Part shown: positions 33,636 through 46,112 of the stretch, piece after piece
Position numbering within the stretch: position 1 is the stretch's first letter
Layout: the number at the start of each line of letters is the position of its first letter
Assembly (NCBI GenBank): GCA_964199315.1
Contig: OZ116699.1
Coordinates: 992,001 to 1,056,000 of the forward strand
Origin: Orbicella franksi
Taxonomy: Eukaryota
Direction: 5' to 3'
Length of the DNA: 64,000 nucleotides
Notes under the pieces: generated by a model
What the model was told of the DNA's origin: nothing
Databases searched by the model: none
What the model saw: only the letters and a program-made list of their open reading frames with translations
Position numbers and translations under genes: made by a program

Positions 33636-36600
33636 AAACAAAAGCTTGTCATTGTGAAAGTGATCGATTTGCCGCGAAGAATTGAGTGATTGTTTGGCTT
33701 TCTTCTAAACTGCGAACTTCAAGCCTCCAATACTACAGTTTCGTTTTTATTAGTACTTTACAAAATTCATGTCATTTGCCCATGTACTCTGTCGAAAGAT
33801 GAAAGTTAACAGCCAGATTAGACGGCTTAACGACTTTCTAAAAATCCTTTATACCCGTTTTTAATCTCTTAAACTCCTCTTGCACCCCCTGCCAGCAACG
33901 AGGTTATTACCCAAGAATTATCTCGTGTGAAAATTTGGACCGAACTGTTGCCTGGTTTCGCGTTCTAACAAGGTTTGTTTTCAATCCAGTTCCAATTTGT
34001 GACGTTTGGCCTCTTCAAATATAATAAAACTCCCTTTGTGTTAAATCAGTGAGCTCTTGTAGGGAAGTATGACAACCTCATATACTGTCTCGTCGAAGAT
34101 TTTTTACAACGTATTCATCAGTATCACAACTTAGAATTTATCTTCCCTTATGTTATTTTGTACCGCAGACTGAATCAAAGCAATTGTATCATTTCTGTAC
34201 TGTTCAAATGTTTGCAATTAGCAGTTTACAGCAATGTGTCATCAGTAATCGAGAATATTTTTCATGGATTTTCTCCATACACACCGATTTTGCCACCTCA
34301 TTGTTAAATGGCACATGAAATTAACACACCAAAACATAAAAATAAATTAAGGAAGATTTTCAGTAGACGCATAACTTCTCATTCTATATTACGACGTGAT
34401 ACTTTAACTTTCTGCATAATTTCACCTTTAAATCTCTTATTATAAGTTCATTATACGAGGCACACTACCATAACAAGGAATTAGCTAGGCTCAAATCCGC
34501 TCAATTTTTTAATCTATAATTACACACATGTAGCCTTCACCCAACACACGAAAGTACAGTTCATCCAAGTTAGCTTTTTGTATTCATTTGCACTTCTTCC
34601 TTTGTTATTTCAGCACCTTCAAATTCCCTATTTTATGGAGGGCGTGTATGTTTCCTAAGACTTAATTTAATTAACTACAATAATTTTTTTTTTTCAGCGA
34701 TCACCTTGTTTAGGTAATTTTTGCCTTGAAAAGTTAAAATCATAAAATCTAGCAAAGACCTCAGATCTAGGATTAAAAAGTAAAAGGCTGCGAAGTTTCA
34801 GTGTTTGTCACGTTTCGTCGCGCTAATGATAATTTGGAATTGATCACGGTAACATTCAAAATGAATAAATTTAACAGTGTTTTTCTAATGGCTTTAACAG
34901 CAGTTCAATTTTCTTTTTTATCCCACGCGTTAGTTAATGGTCCTCGACAATTTTCTGTCGGCGATTAGGCCAAAAACTCGAAAAGAGAAACCTAAATATC
35001 CTGTGAATCAAAATAAACCAAAAGTTGCTGCTAATAAAGTTATGTCACTGAATGCCCGGCGCTAAATTCATTTCTAACGGATATAAATTTTTTATTAACC
35101 TGTGCATTAAGCCGATTTTATTCCCATTGCGTGGAGGCACAGGCTGTAAATGGCTTTTAAAGGCTAGATCATGCAAAATTAGTCGAAAAATTACAGCTCG
35201 ATAGAAATTTCATACGATTACTTGCGCTGCCTTAATTTCTTAAGAGATTTATTTTAGTTGACTCTTTCTTTACACCATACAAAAACACAAGTTGTAAACA
35301 TGCTTGCACAGATTATAGGTAAAATCTTTCGTTATTTATTTTCGATCGGCGATAGAAAAAAGATATGCCATTTCAGTGGCTTTCAAAGCTATTTTTTAGA
35401 TTAAAAATCGGCCACCACGAAAGAGGTCGCCTTGTTTGGCCCTCGCGCAAATTTTCAAAACAAGTGGTAAAAGCTTAAGTCTAAAACATTTACGATATTG
35501 TGTTTTAATGTACATAATTACAGATTGGAACATCCAAGAAATCATATGTGCTCTACTGGAACCATCTTTATGTATGCAACTTTGCCTGCTTTTAACTGAT
35601 CCTTAAAAAACTTAGTGCGACTTCGAAGTAAAAGCATTTTTAGAGCAATAAATTGCGAAACATAACAAAAACTTGTTCTATAGTGGAGAACTTTTATCAG
35701 CGAACTCGCTCCCTCATTTTGATCTGGGACCCGGATCAATTTATTCACACATCAATTCATACGTTTGCAAAATCTTTATTTCTTCATTTTTTCCAGCAAA
35801 GCTTTGTAAATTTACAACCCTCGAAGCTGGCAAGCAAATACCAGTATACATTACAGTGGATACTTTGAAAATCTATTATTTGTACAATACAACTTCAGAC
35901 AATCGCGCACCATTATATATAATTTCAGTTTTTACAGATCTTTTTTTGCATTTGTACACCTTATCATAATTCGTTTAAAGTTAGCTTAAGCTGTTATCTC
36001 AAAGTGCTTCCTCTATTCTGGATTCTTATCTATATATAAAGTTGTAATTTTGAAGGAAATGATACATTGCCGCCCGTATACAGAAAGTGTATTGTTCGCA
36101 TCGTTAGTGCAATGTTGGCCAAAAACCTTTAGTTATATTCTCACAACACCATTCAACTCAACAGGAAGAAACCGAAAAATATATATATATATGTTTAACC
36201 TTGTCTTCGTTAATTCTAAAGAGTGATAAACATCTTATTTCTCCTTAGAATATCCATACAGTGTCAAGCAAAAATGTGATGAGAACAATAAAAAATCATC
36301 AATTTTTGTCCTAATGTTTCACCGAAATCGAAGAACTTAGAATGTATCGAAAACTGTACAGGGGAATAAGGAATAAATTTTGACCCTGGCACTGTCAATT
36401 CCTCCGTTCCGGTACATACAAGAGTAGATTTAGTTTCTTAAAAGAGAGCTGTTCCTTCACACAACCCTGGGAGATTTTGATATTGTTCTTTGATTTTTAA
36501 GGCGGAGCATCGATTGTTCCAGAAACAAGCGATTGTGTTCGGCAAAACTTGAGCACTTAACTAGTGTCAAATCGAAGATGTTGCATACAAAAGTGGGTAT

Positions 36601-36674
36601 TACCTTTGGCTTAGATCTTCTGTTATAATTGTAATTTAAAGAAGCATTGTGCAGCGAACACATTTAACATAAGA

Positions 36675-37752
36675 TCACACCAAATGGTCGTTTTCTTCTT
36701 TCTGAATCTGTCCACTGCTTAACCCGTGGCATTCGCTGACGCTTATTCCAGAGCTTTTTGCTTGCGATGAAGCTTTTTCCTCCGCTTGCTGTCGCTTCCA
36801 CTTGGTCCTTCGATTCTGAAACCAGACCTTTATTTGTGTCTCGGAGAGATTTAAGAACGAGGCTAGTTGTTTGCGCTCTGTTCCGACGATGTAATGGTTC
36901 TTATCAAACGCGTTTTCCAAGTGAAGAAGTTGTGTCGGAGTAAAAGCTGTTCTGATCCTCTTTGGCCTGCGGCAGGCTACAAACCCTGCGAAAAATAAAA
37001 TAGTTTAGATTCCCCACAAGAAATAGTACAAAAAAATAGTTTTTCCAAGAAACGATTTTAGACCGAAGGCGCTCGCGTCTTCAGATTTCACGCGGCCACA
37101 CGGGTGCTTACGAAGAGTAAATTGGTGTTTTTCATCGAGAGAAAGTGATGGAAAATTATCATTACCAAAGTTAAACAAATTACAACTCTGCAGGAAAATG
37201 TGTTCTTATCTCCATCATGATCCCTGTATATGGCTCATAATTAATCTCACGAGAGTCTTCAACCATTTTCGAAAAATGTTGTGCTCTGAAAATTGTGAGA
37301 TAATCACTTTGAGGATAATTCTTGTGTAGAAAATACAGCTTTTTTGTTAGTTATTTTGCGAACAACGCTGTCCGAGACAGTGGGTGGCGGGACACTTCAA
37401 ATTTATAGATTGTGGTGACTGGCTTACCTAAGGAATTCAGATTAAGTGCTAGAGAAAAGAAGTTTCCATGTAGTTAGGAGAGTATCTTACCGCTATGTAG
37501 AGACCCGGCGGTGTAGCTGCAGTTCAGGTCGTGCACATATCGATGACTTGATGCACAGGGGTAGAATGAGAAGGAACCTGAATTGTAGGCGGACAGACTA
37601 TGCAGTGGATGCGAGTCGAAGCGTACAGCCATCGGGTAATCTGTTTGAGATTTGTACCCTGAATACGTTTGCTGGGTTGAAGGCTGAAGGGCCGAGTTGG
37701 GTCTGTACATGGAGTTAAGAAACGAAGATTGCGAACCTTCGTAAGCGTGCAT
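36675..37752 (-). CDS. Emx: Emx-class homeodomain transcription factor; 190 aa, 2 exons
   Basis: Exon 1 is 37752-37491 (donor GTAAGA, phase 1) and exon 2 is 36985-36675 (acceptor TTTTTCGCAG); the phases match. Homeodomain [60 protein letters not shown]. An in-frame stop lies upstream of the ATG. Confidence 0.95.
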
Positions 37753-37851
37753 CTTTGAAATTAAGATTTAACGTTTTCTTTAGCTGTGCGAGGTGCGCTC
37801 CACCCGAGTTCAGATGCAAAGAAGAGTGACTTCTCCTTAGAAGCAATCCAA

Positions 37852-37858
37852 TTATATA
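37852..37858 (-). promoter_or_regulatory. Candidate TATA box of Emx
   Basis: TATATAA on the minus strand, 100 bp upstream of the Emx ATG. Confidence 0.4.
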
Positions 37859-40800
37859 GCTTACAATTTAATTATTATTACAATACATTGTTCCCATTTT
37901 CAATTAATGACTTGGAACTAATTAAAAGCATAAGCAGCGAAAATTTACAAGCTGCCGGATGCCTCATTGTAATGAAAACTGTGAAATTTGAAAATGAGCG
38001 TTGAAGTGAAGTTTCCAGCAAAGAATAATAAACAGTGGCCAATTTGCGCCAAAGCAAACAGCTCATAAGGATCAGCAGCCGATATGATCGGCTAATTTAC
38101 GAATTCGCTTTTTATTGACGTCTTTGCTCTATTAAGCCAATGATAGCTGGAAACAGCTGATGAAAATTTCAAAGTGGGCGAAAATGCTTCTTTGAATGAA
38201 ATTAAATATAAACGCCACATTGCAGGACCGGATGTGTCCGACGCTGTTTCGTGCAAATTCTCCACTTCATAAAGTGAAGTATGGAACAAGTTAATCAAGG
38301 GAGAATCAAATTAACTTCCAGTTAAGGTTACGCGTCCGGGATTTGCTGTGTGTATAAAGGCAATAAAGGTGTCAGATGATTATTACAAATCCAAGAACGA
38401 GGTTGAGAATGAAAGTACAAATAATGATTTGTCAAAAAAGTTGTATGTGATCAGCACCTCGTTTACTCATTGTTTCGTTCGCTTTCAAGCGCAGAGCGAT
38501 GTTATTTTCAATGAAAACCACCATATGGTAAATCGAAAATAGCTTCATTACATTTTAATAAGCTCCCGTCGAATCTGTTTGGAAATCCACTAAATAATGA
38601 ATTTCACTTAAGCACAGAACTTTGGGGCATTAACGAGAAAATACGCCATTGTCGCGCGTTCAAATTGGAACTCTGAAAACTCCAGCTCGAAATGTCATAC
38701 CGATATGTTAAGAGATCTCGTTTTGCTAACTTCGTGGTCTTAATCTATTAGTGCTCTACAAAAGACAAGCTTTGTTTGTTTGGACAAAGATGGCCCGGGG
38801 TTTATAAAGAAAGGCATTCGGCCTTCACAGTTCATTTATTTAAGCTAAGTAAATTTCAATTAAGAAATATCCGGTAGCTCTTTGATACTTTCTCTTCATA
38901 AAATGCAAGTGTTAGAGAAATATTCCTGTCTTATTTTCGCCCAGCTAAAAACATCGAGCATTTTTTTCTTGTATTCTTTTCGAACACTATCACAACCCAA
39001 TTTTTTCAAGGAGTCGGAAGATGTTCTCGAAAAAGCTTTTAACTTATTTTTTGGCAGGCCAAGAAGCGTTTCGAGAAAAAAAAAAAAAAGCATTTTTCTC
39101 TTTAAAACATACAACAACAACTTACTCTATGCTAGTAAAAATGGTAAAGTGTATTCACTAGTTAGCACTTGTTATTTTTCAGACTGCGTTTTAATAAAAT
39201 CCTTAAATTTCTTCACACATTTCGCCTTTTACGCCGTTCAAAATTTAATGAGATTTAAAACATTTCCAGCCCTCTAAAAGGAAATCCAAAGTGATATTTT
39301 GATGTTTATGTATCCCATGATTATTTTCTTTTACACACTTGGACAGTGAGAAAAAACTCTACTTAAGGCCGTGGGATAAACGATGCTTTTGCGTAAAGTT
39401 GCGGTAATTTCGATGGAACAACAGGCTTATTACACGGTCGGTCTATACTGATCTAATGCGCGTGCAATACGGGTTATTTTGTCGCGCCCCAAATGGAATA
39501 CGAATTAGGTCATAACAGTGAGTTTTACGGTGAGATTATGCTGTTAAAGTTTGGGTAAATTATGTGAGATGACCTACTATCGTGAGTCAAAAGATAGGAT
39601 TGATTTTTTCATAATGGAACGAAACCAAAATAGATCCAGGGGGTATTGGGATGTATTGCCCGGGTGAAAAAATGCTACATTGAAAGTTATTATAATCTTA
39701 AAATCAATTCATAAAGAAGAATGCAGGGTCGAGGAGCAAACGTAAGTCGTCGCAACGTTGTGAATTTTTTTTTCGTCAGGTTTCACAGGACGTCCATTAA
39801 AATTCTACTTTTACACGAAATAAGAATCGATATTTTAATTGTGAACTTCATATTTTTTTGTTCACACAGGTGATGTAGAATTATTACTAATCAATCATGA
39901 CATCACGTCATAACTTTAGATTTTTATTTTCTCTTTGTCGAGAATCCGGTGACATTATCTGTGTTTCGTTAAGCAGTAAAAGGTTGAACGATTTTGAATA
40001 AAAGATTTATGATATATTGTAATCGAGTTAAATGCACCTATACGCGTCTTAAGGTTTTGTAGATCTCTATTTTCTCGCCATGGGAATCGACCATCTGTCC
40101 CTCTCTGTTTTTCAAACACACCCCTGTACATTTTTCATAAGCTTGTTTATACAAAATGCAAACATCTTCCAAACAGGACCATTTACCTTCACCATCATCG
40201 GCAAACGATGTTTAAAGTTTCTTAAAGCAGAATTAAAGGGAATTACATTTTTGACGAACCAATCTGGTTGTCGTGAAAGAAGCACCTTTGCCAAGTGCCA
40301 CGTTTAAAGTTTCAACTGTTCAAGCGGCCTGAGGTTTATGTACAAAACTAATGAAAACCGCCGTCCCTAGCCGACTAAAATATCAGGAAGTGGTCAAAAT
40401 ATAAATTGAATATTGGACCTCCACAGCTGTGGTTAAGTGAACACAGACAATAAGCCAGAACGTGCACCAATTAATTTTACTGAAAGATCAAATCAGCGTT
40501 CTTGCCGGCACTTTATATGTTCAAAGATTCCGTTTCGGAAAAGCCCAGCGCCTTAGTTAATATTTCTTCAAGGCAAACGAACTCGACACTCGATGCCAAA
40601 GTGTTCTTGATGTATAAGTTCTCCTTAAAATAGATACATTATCAAGGAAACAGGTGATGAGAACAGACTAATCAACACATCTAGGCCAGATTTACGAGAT
40701 GAACATTCAGACTCTCAAAACTAACAATTAAAGACCTTTATGTCGCCTCGAAAGGAGAATTCCTTTTTCGATCGAGTTTAACTGTCTGGGACTACTAGGA

Positions 40801-43800
40801 GAAAGTAGCAGTAGTAGTGGTAGTAGTAGTAATTTGATTTGGCGGTACAACATATCTTCGATGCAGGAGGAATGTTGAGAACAAGGGGTAAAATGGAGAA
40901 GATAATTTTTCTGTCAGTGACAGGCCTCCAGCTTCGGGGTAAAATTGTCTCCAGATGAAGAAGAGCGAGGAATAACTGATATCGAAATTTGTTTCTGCTA
41001 TTCTTTCCACAACCCTTTCCTTCCCCCCCCCCCCCCCCACCGCTTTCCACGATTTGTCACGTGACCAGAATTAAACATGACCTTAAAACCATGAAATAAA
41101 TAGAAACAATCAGGTACATGGAAGTTCGCATTGAACAAACTTGTTCCTAAATATTAACATTTTCTCTTCGCTATATTCAGTGTTTAATTTAATTTTTATT
41201 AAATCGCATACTAGTAATATTGAGGTATATATTCATCCCTTGCGTTGTTTTTACCTTCGAATTAAAAGTTCTGATTCGTGTAAAAGTATGGACGTTTCTT
41301 TTCTGTTGTGGTTGAAAATGAAGTGTGATAATTCGGTCACTTTCGCTATTGCTGTCAGTTAACTCCACGCTAAAAAATGCCTGCTTTTTTGTTGTAACAC
41401 TCTTCCATCATTTTTTTGATAACTTTTTTTTCCCTTTTATAAGAACCAGCAAATCGAAGTCGAGATGTGTTAGTCGAATCATTCAATAAATGATGAATTT
41501 TTAACACTGGCGGAAAATTACATTTCTTCAATTCCAAGGACATGAAAACACTGAAAAGTCTGTTAGTGTTTGAAGCTGTCAAAGTTGGACAACTGGAGGG
41601 CCGGTTTTTCGTTTATTTACTTAGTTTATTTTAATTTTCGTTTTTTCTAGTAACTCCAAGTGTTGCGTTCTTTCAGACTCATTTGAAACATTGCAGTGAT
41701 TCTGGCATGCAAAGTTGTCCAGCTAAAAATAACAGGCTAAAATGTTATCCATTAAAAAGTTGTTAAATTATATCACTGTTAAAAGTTCTAAAATTATTAC
41801 ATTTGGCGCGGCTTTCTAGCGTTGTTTTGAGCTAACGTCGCGCCGTCGTTTTATCGTTTTATGCAATTTTTATGGGTCACAATTATTTCAGATTTCCATA
41901 CTCTCCAACCAGTCTAGAACCTAAATCAACCTAAATCTTTGTTCATAACAAAGTTATCTACCAGGCTATAAATTTGTTATTCAAATTCATTAAAAGCGAG
42001 CCTTTGAAAGGAAAATAACCAGCTCTCAATTTCCTTTTTACGAATAGTTAAATATAACACCAATACAACGAACAATAAAACTATCCAAACGTAACCTTTA
42101 TTTAAAAACATAAACTTAACTGTAAAGATGACACATTTTTTAGACCACACGGAAAATAAAACTACACTTGTTTTCACTAAAATAACAAAGAAAATGGTGT
42201 AAAACAGAAAACACGAAAATAAAACAACGAAGAGGTTTGGCTGAGAAACTTAGCCATATAATTCTCTCACACTTTTCTCTAAAGGCTTGTTTGGCGTGAC
42301 GCTTCTTTTCTCGTAAGATATCGTGCTGTTTCGCTTGTAATCGTATTGTTTTCCAGCGTCAAGAGCTTCTTGTCTCGTGGATCGAAACTTCACACCCAGT
42401 TGCAATACAGGTATCACTGTTGTATTACACTCCAAACACGTGAAACCATCAACGATTTTAAAACGTCTTTGTGTCGTGGTGGTGTTAAGTTTGAATGCTA
42501 GCCTTTGTTCGGAAGTCCGGCATTGTGTTTAACAGCGTGAAAATGTTTCGCTCAATTGGTTTAAGTGATTTATGAGCGACCTTCTCACAGAACTCCTTAC
42601 CCTGTGTGAAAACCGTAAGCGATATCTCACTGTTGAAATTTATCTGTGATTATTCTATCTGTTTGCACAATCAGAAAACTCAAGTTGAAACAGTAAACAG
42701 AAAGATACCCACTTCACCAAGCTCAACATTTTCAGCGAAGTCATCGTGCATCCGGCTTTTGTGTAAATGGCAAAATTACAGGGTTGTCTGCGAGAAAGTG
42801 GTGCAGGCATTGTTCTAATAATAGCAAACAAAGACACTCGACAATCAACAACATTTGGTTTTATTGAACGTTCGATTGTTCGGAGTCACTATGATAGCAA
42901 ATTAACTCCCACGGGAAATTCTATTCCATTTTCATAATCAGCGAGGAAGGAAAAGTTCAAGGAAAAATGGAATAAAGAAGGAACAGACTATCGCAATATA
43001 GATCTCATTACAAACTGGACTTTTTTTTCTTTCATGAGGAGGCAAACTAGGGCTTTCGCTTCTTAAAAATATATTTGAAAAACGTGAATTAAAATAATAA
43101 AAGTCCACGCAAAACTCTATATTCTCTTATCGACTTTTTTTTTTTTGAATTTCAAAAATATGACATTTTTCCATGATGTGATTATTTATGAGGCCTTGGT
43201 TAGAAATCACGTGCATGATGCAAGACTCGGTGACGAGGGCGGATTTGAATTGCGGGGGTCCTGGGTTCCAAACATTTCTGCGTTTAAGTAATTAACCTGT
43301 TCGAGGGCCACGTTAATGGAAAAAGACAGCTGATGGTCTAAGACGCCACCCTCTCACAGGGCGAAGGGGAAGGCAATCACGACAAAGATAAGCCTAACTT
43401 CTTTTTCTTCAGAATATATTCTGAGCTTTTTACTCCCTCTCTTTGCCTTGAAGCGTTTTAATTCGATAACTAGCAAATCGATCCAGACTAACTTGCAGAG
43501 TTTCTTAAAAAGCGCCCTTTTGTATGTAGGTGAGCCTCTATAGTTCAACTGCGCCAACTAAAGCCGAGCAGCTAAACAGCAACATTCAATGACTAAGTAC
43601 GAGAGCGTATGTACTGAGTAAAATTCTCAAGTCTAAAAAAAGTTCTTGCCAACAATTGAAACATCTCTCCAGACAGTTTTACATTATTCATTCATGGCCT
43701 TAGTAGCCCGGCTATTTACATTTGCTCGAAGAAAACATCGCCCCGAAATGTTGAAATTTATTATCAGGTTCAAGCCAAGTAAATTGTTTTCCTTTTAACT

Positions 43801-46112
43801 TTTTCAGTGGAAAGTTATTTTCACTCTGTACGCCGGAGTTTCACCTGCTTTAATGCGGATACGTGAAGCTCGTACTCATTTTGCCATTTTATGTTCATCA
43901 CATCAGTGACTTAACAAGCAAAGTTAAGTATAAGCGCCTTTTAGCTTAATGGATCTATGAAATATTTACTTCATAATGTAATTTTCAAAACCTTGATAAT
44001 AGTTTTGTTGTATAAGATTATTCAGATTGCTCGTTCTTCCATTTTTAAGCCCGATTCACCGTCGCAGGTTGAATTAGTTAAAATACCGCTCGTTTATAAA
44101 TTTCTGGTGTAGTTTCCCCCGGTACTATAATTGACTTTTATTACAACATGGTTTTGAGATTACTACGAAGCTGTCGAAAAGCACTTAAACCTCTCCCCCA
44201 TTCCTCCTTCTGTGACATGACTTGAGACTTCGGGTCTCAAGTTACTAAAACCCCTCCGTACGTAGCACACTTCGCCTTACCTTTGGTTTTTGTGTGTTCA
44301 GAGGCTCGTCTTTTCATGTTTGTAATAACTTCTGCCTTTCTTTGGAAAATGTAATGCCGACTCACTTTGCAATGGAAGAGAGATTTTTAGTTCGTAAACT
44401 GTCAAAAACTTTATCTTCGAAGAGTCATTTTAGCGCTTTCATGTTCAAAATTGTCTTTGATTCACCTCACAAAATCATTCACAATTGAATGACTTAGCCG
44501 TGCGAAATATGAGGTCGCGGTCAAACCCTGAAACGATGGATACGGACACGGTGAGGCAAGATTCCAGCAATGGAAATGCAAACAAAATAGCCCGCGCCTA
44601 TATATTTAACAGTGGACAACTATAGCAGTGCGGCACAACGTACATTGTTCGTCAAGAGGGGTGAGGGGGGAGTTTCAAGAAAACTAAGGCTGTCATTTCA
44701 CCGAGTTCAAGTTTTATTTCGTTACGAGTGATCTCAGAAAGATTCACGCCTGTTTTTTAAAGCCGCCGTTTGCGCTTGCGCTCACGTTTTATCCAATTCA
44801 AAATCTTCTCTTGACAGAACTCACCAGCCACACCTTTGTTTCTGTCTACATGTGAGACTTTGATTATTATATTTTATTAGGAGAAAGTCGAAACGAAGGA
44901 AATCAGTGTGAAACATACTTTCAGGAACACAGCTTAGAAATAAGACAATAAGATTTCGCTTCACCATGCAACATCAATAATGTTGATGGCATCGAAAATG
45001 GCGGAAGTTGACTAGGGTCTTTTAGGTTCATGATAAGTTCGACGTTTGATTCAACTGAGTTCGTCCGACTGAATTTAGATCGATCTAAATTTGAATTAAG
45101 TTCGACGTTTGACCCATCGGTCCAGCTTTACCCGTTTGGATGCAATTTAGTTCGTCTTATTTGAAGTTCGTCGTTTTATCCGGGCCTAAAACATTTCTCG
45201 TCCATTTTAGGTTCTGTATTAGACAAAAAAGATTAACGAAGAGAAAAATATATACATTGTTGTCCATAAAACGTTAAATTCATCTCAACTGACAACTGGA
45301 AAGGACAGATGCCAAAAAGGGACGTCGCTAGCTCATATAAACAAATGTTTCTTTATTATTTTCAAAAAATAAAAAATACTTTTTTTATAAATTATTTGTT
45401 TGATTAAAATTAAATAAATACTTTACTGTATAATCTTACTTGATATCATGAGAAGTTTCAAGCCACAAATCTACGAGTTCTATGTTAATGTATGACTGAA
45501 AGTAGACAAAAGAAACTTAAAAATTCGATATAAAATAAATTTGATGTAATACATTTATCCTTGTGGTCATAAATTGTTATATTATAGACCTTGTCGCGGT
45601 TTCGGGCACCATATCTGGTACTTTATAGTTCACCACTAAACGTTGTCCGATTCTCACTGGCTTAAACTGATCGCGTGACGCGACAGTGCTCATCGGCGCG
45701 GAGAGACACTACACTTCCCGTATGAGGAAAATACCCGGATGGATATTACTCGTCCATGAAAATTTTTCTGTAAACAAGCGGGCTGATGGAAAAAATTAAA
45801 AGATTTATTGATTTGCATTAAGTGGGTTTTTGTCTGTTTTCTTTTTCAAATTTTACATTTGGCTTTCACGGCTTTCATCTAAGGAAGTTAAAATAATTTA
45901 ATATGATTTATGAACTGGCGCGCGAAAGAAAATTTAGTGGTGAACATTAAAGACATTACAGTGTTTACTTTATTGTTTAAAAAATGTTGGAAGTTCCAAA
46001 ATAGTATAAATTAGTAGCTAGTTGTAAAATCGTACCGAATAAAAGGATAAGTAACAAATACGTACATATCCTGTTAACTATTACTAAATCAAATTTCTTC
46101 ATCTAGCAAGCT

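Noticed and set aside
40112-40294. 60-aa ORF with LPMMVKV, faintly like a CABIT-domain start
   Set aside because: The similarity is too short and there is no supporting exon structure.
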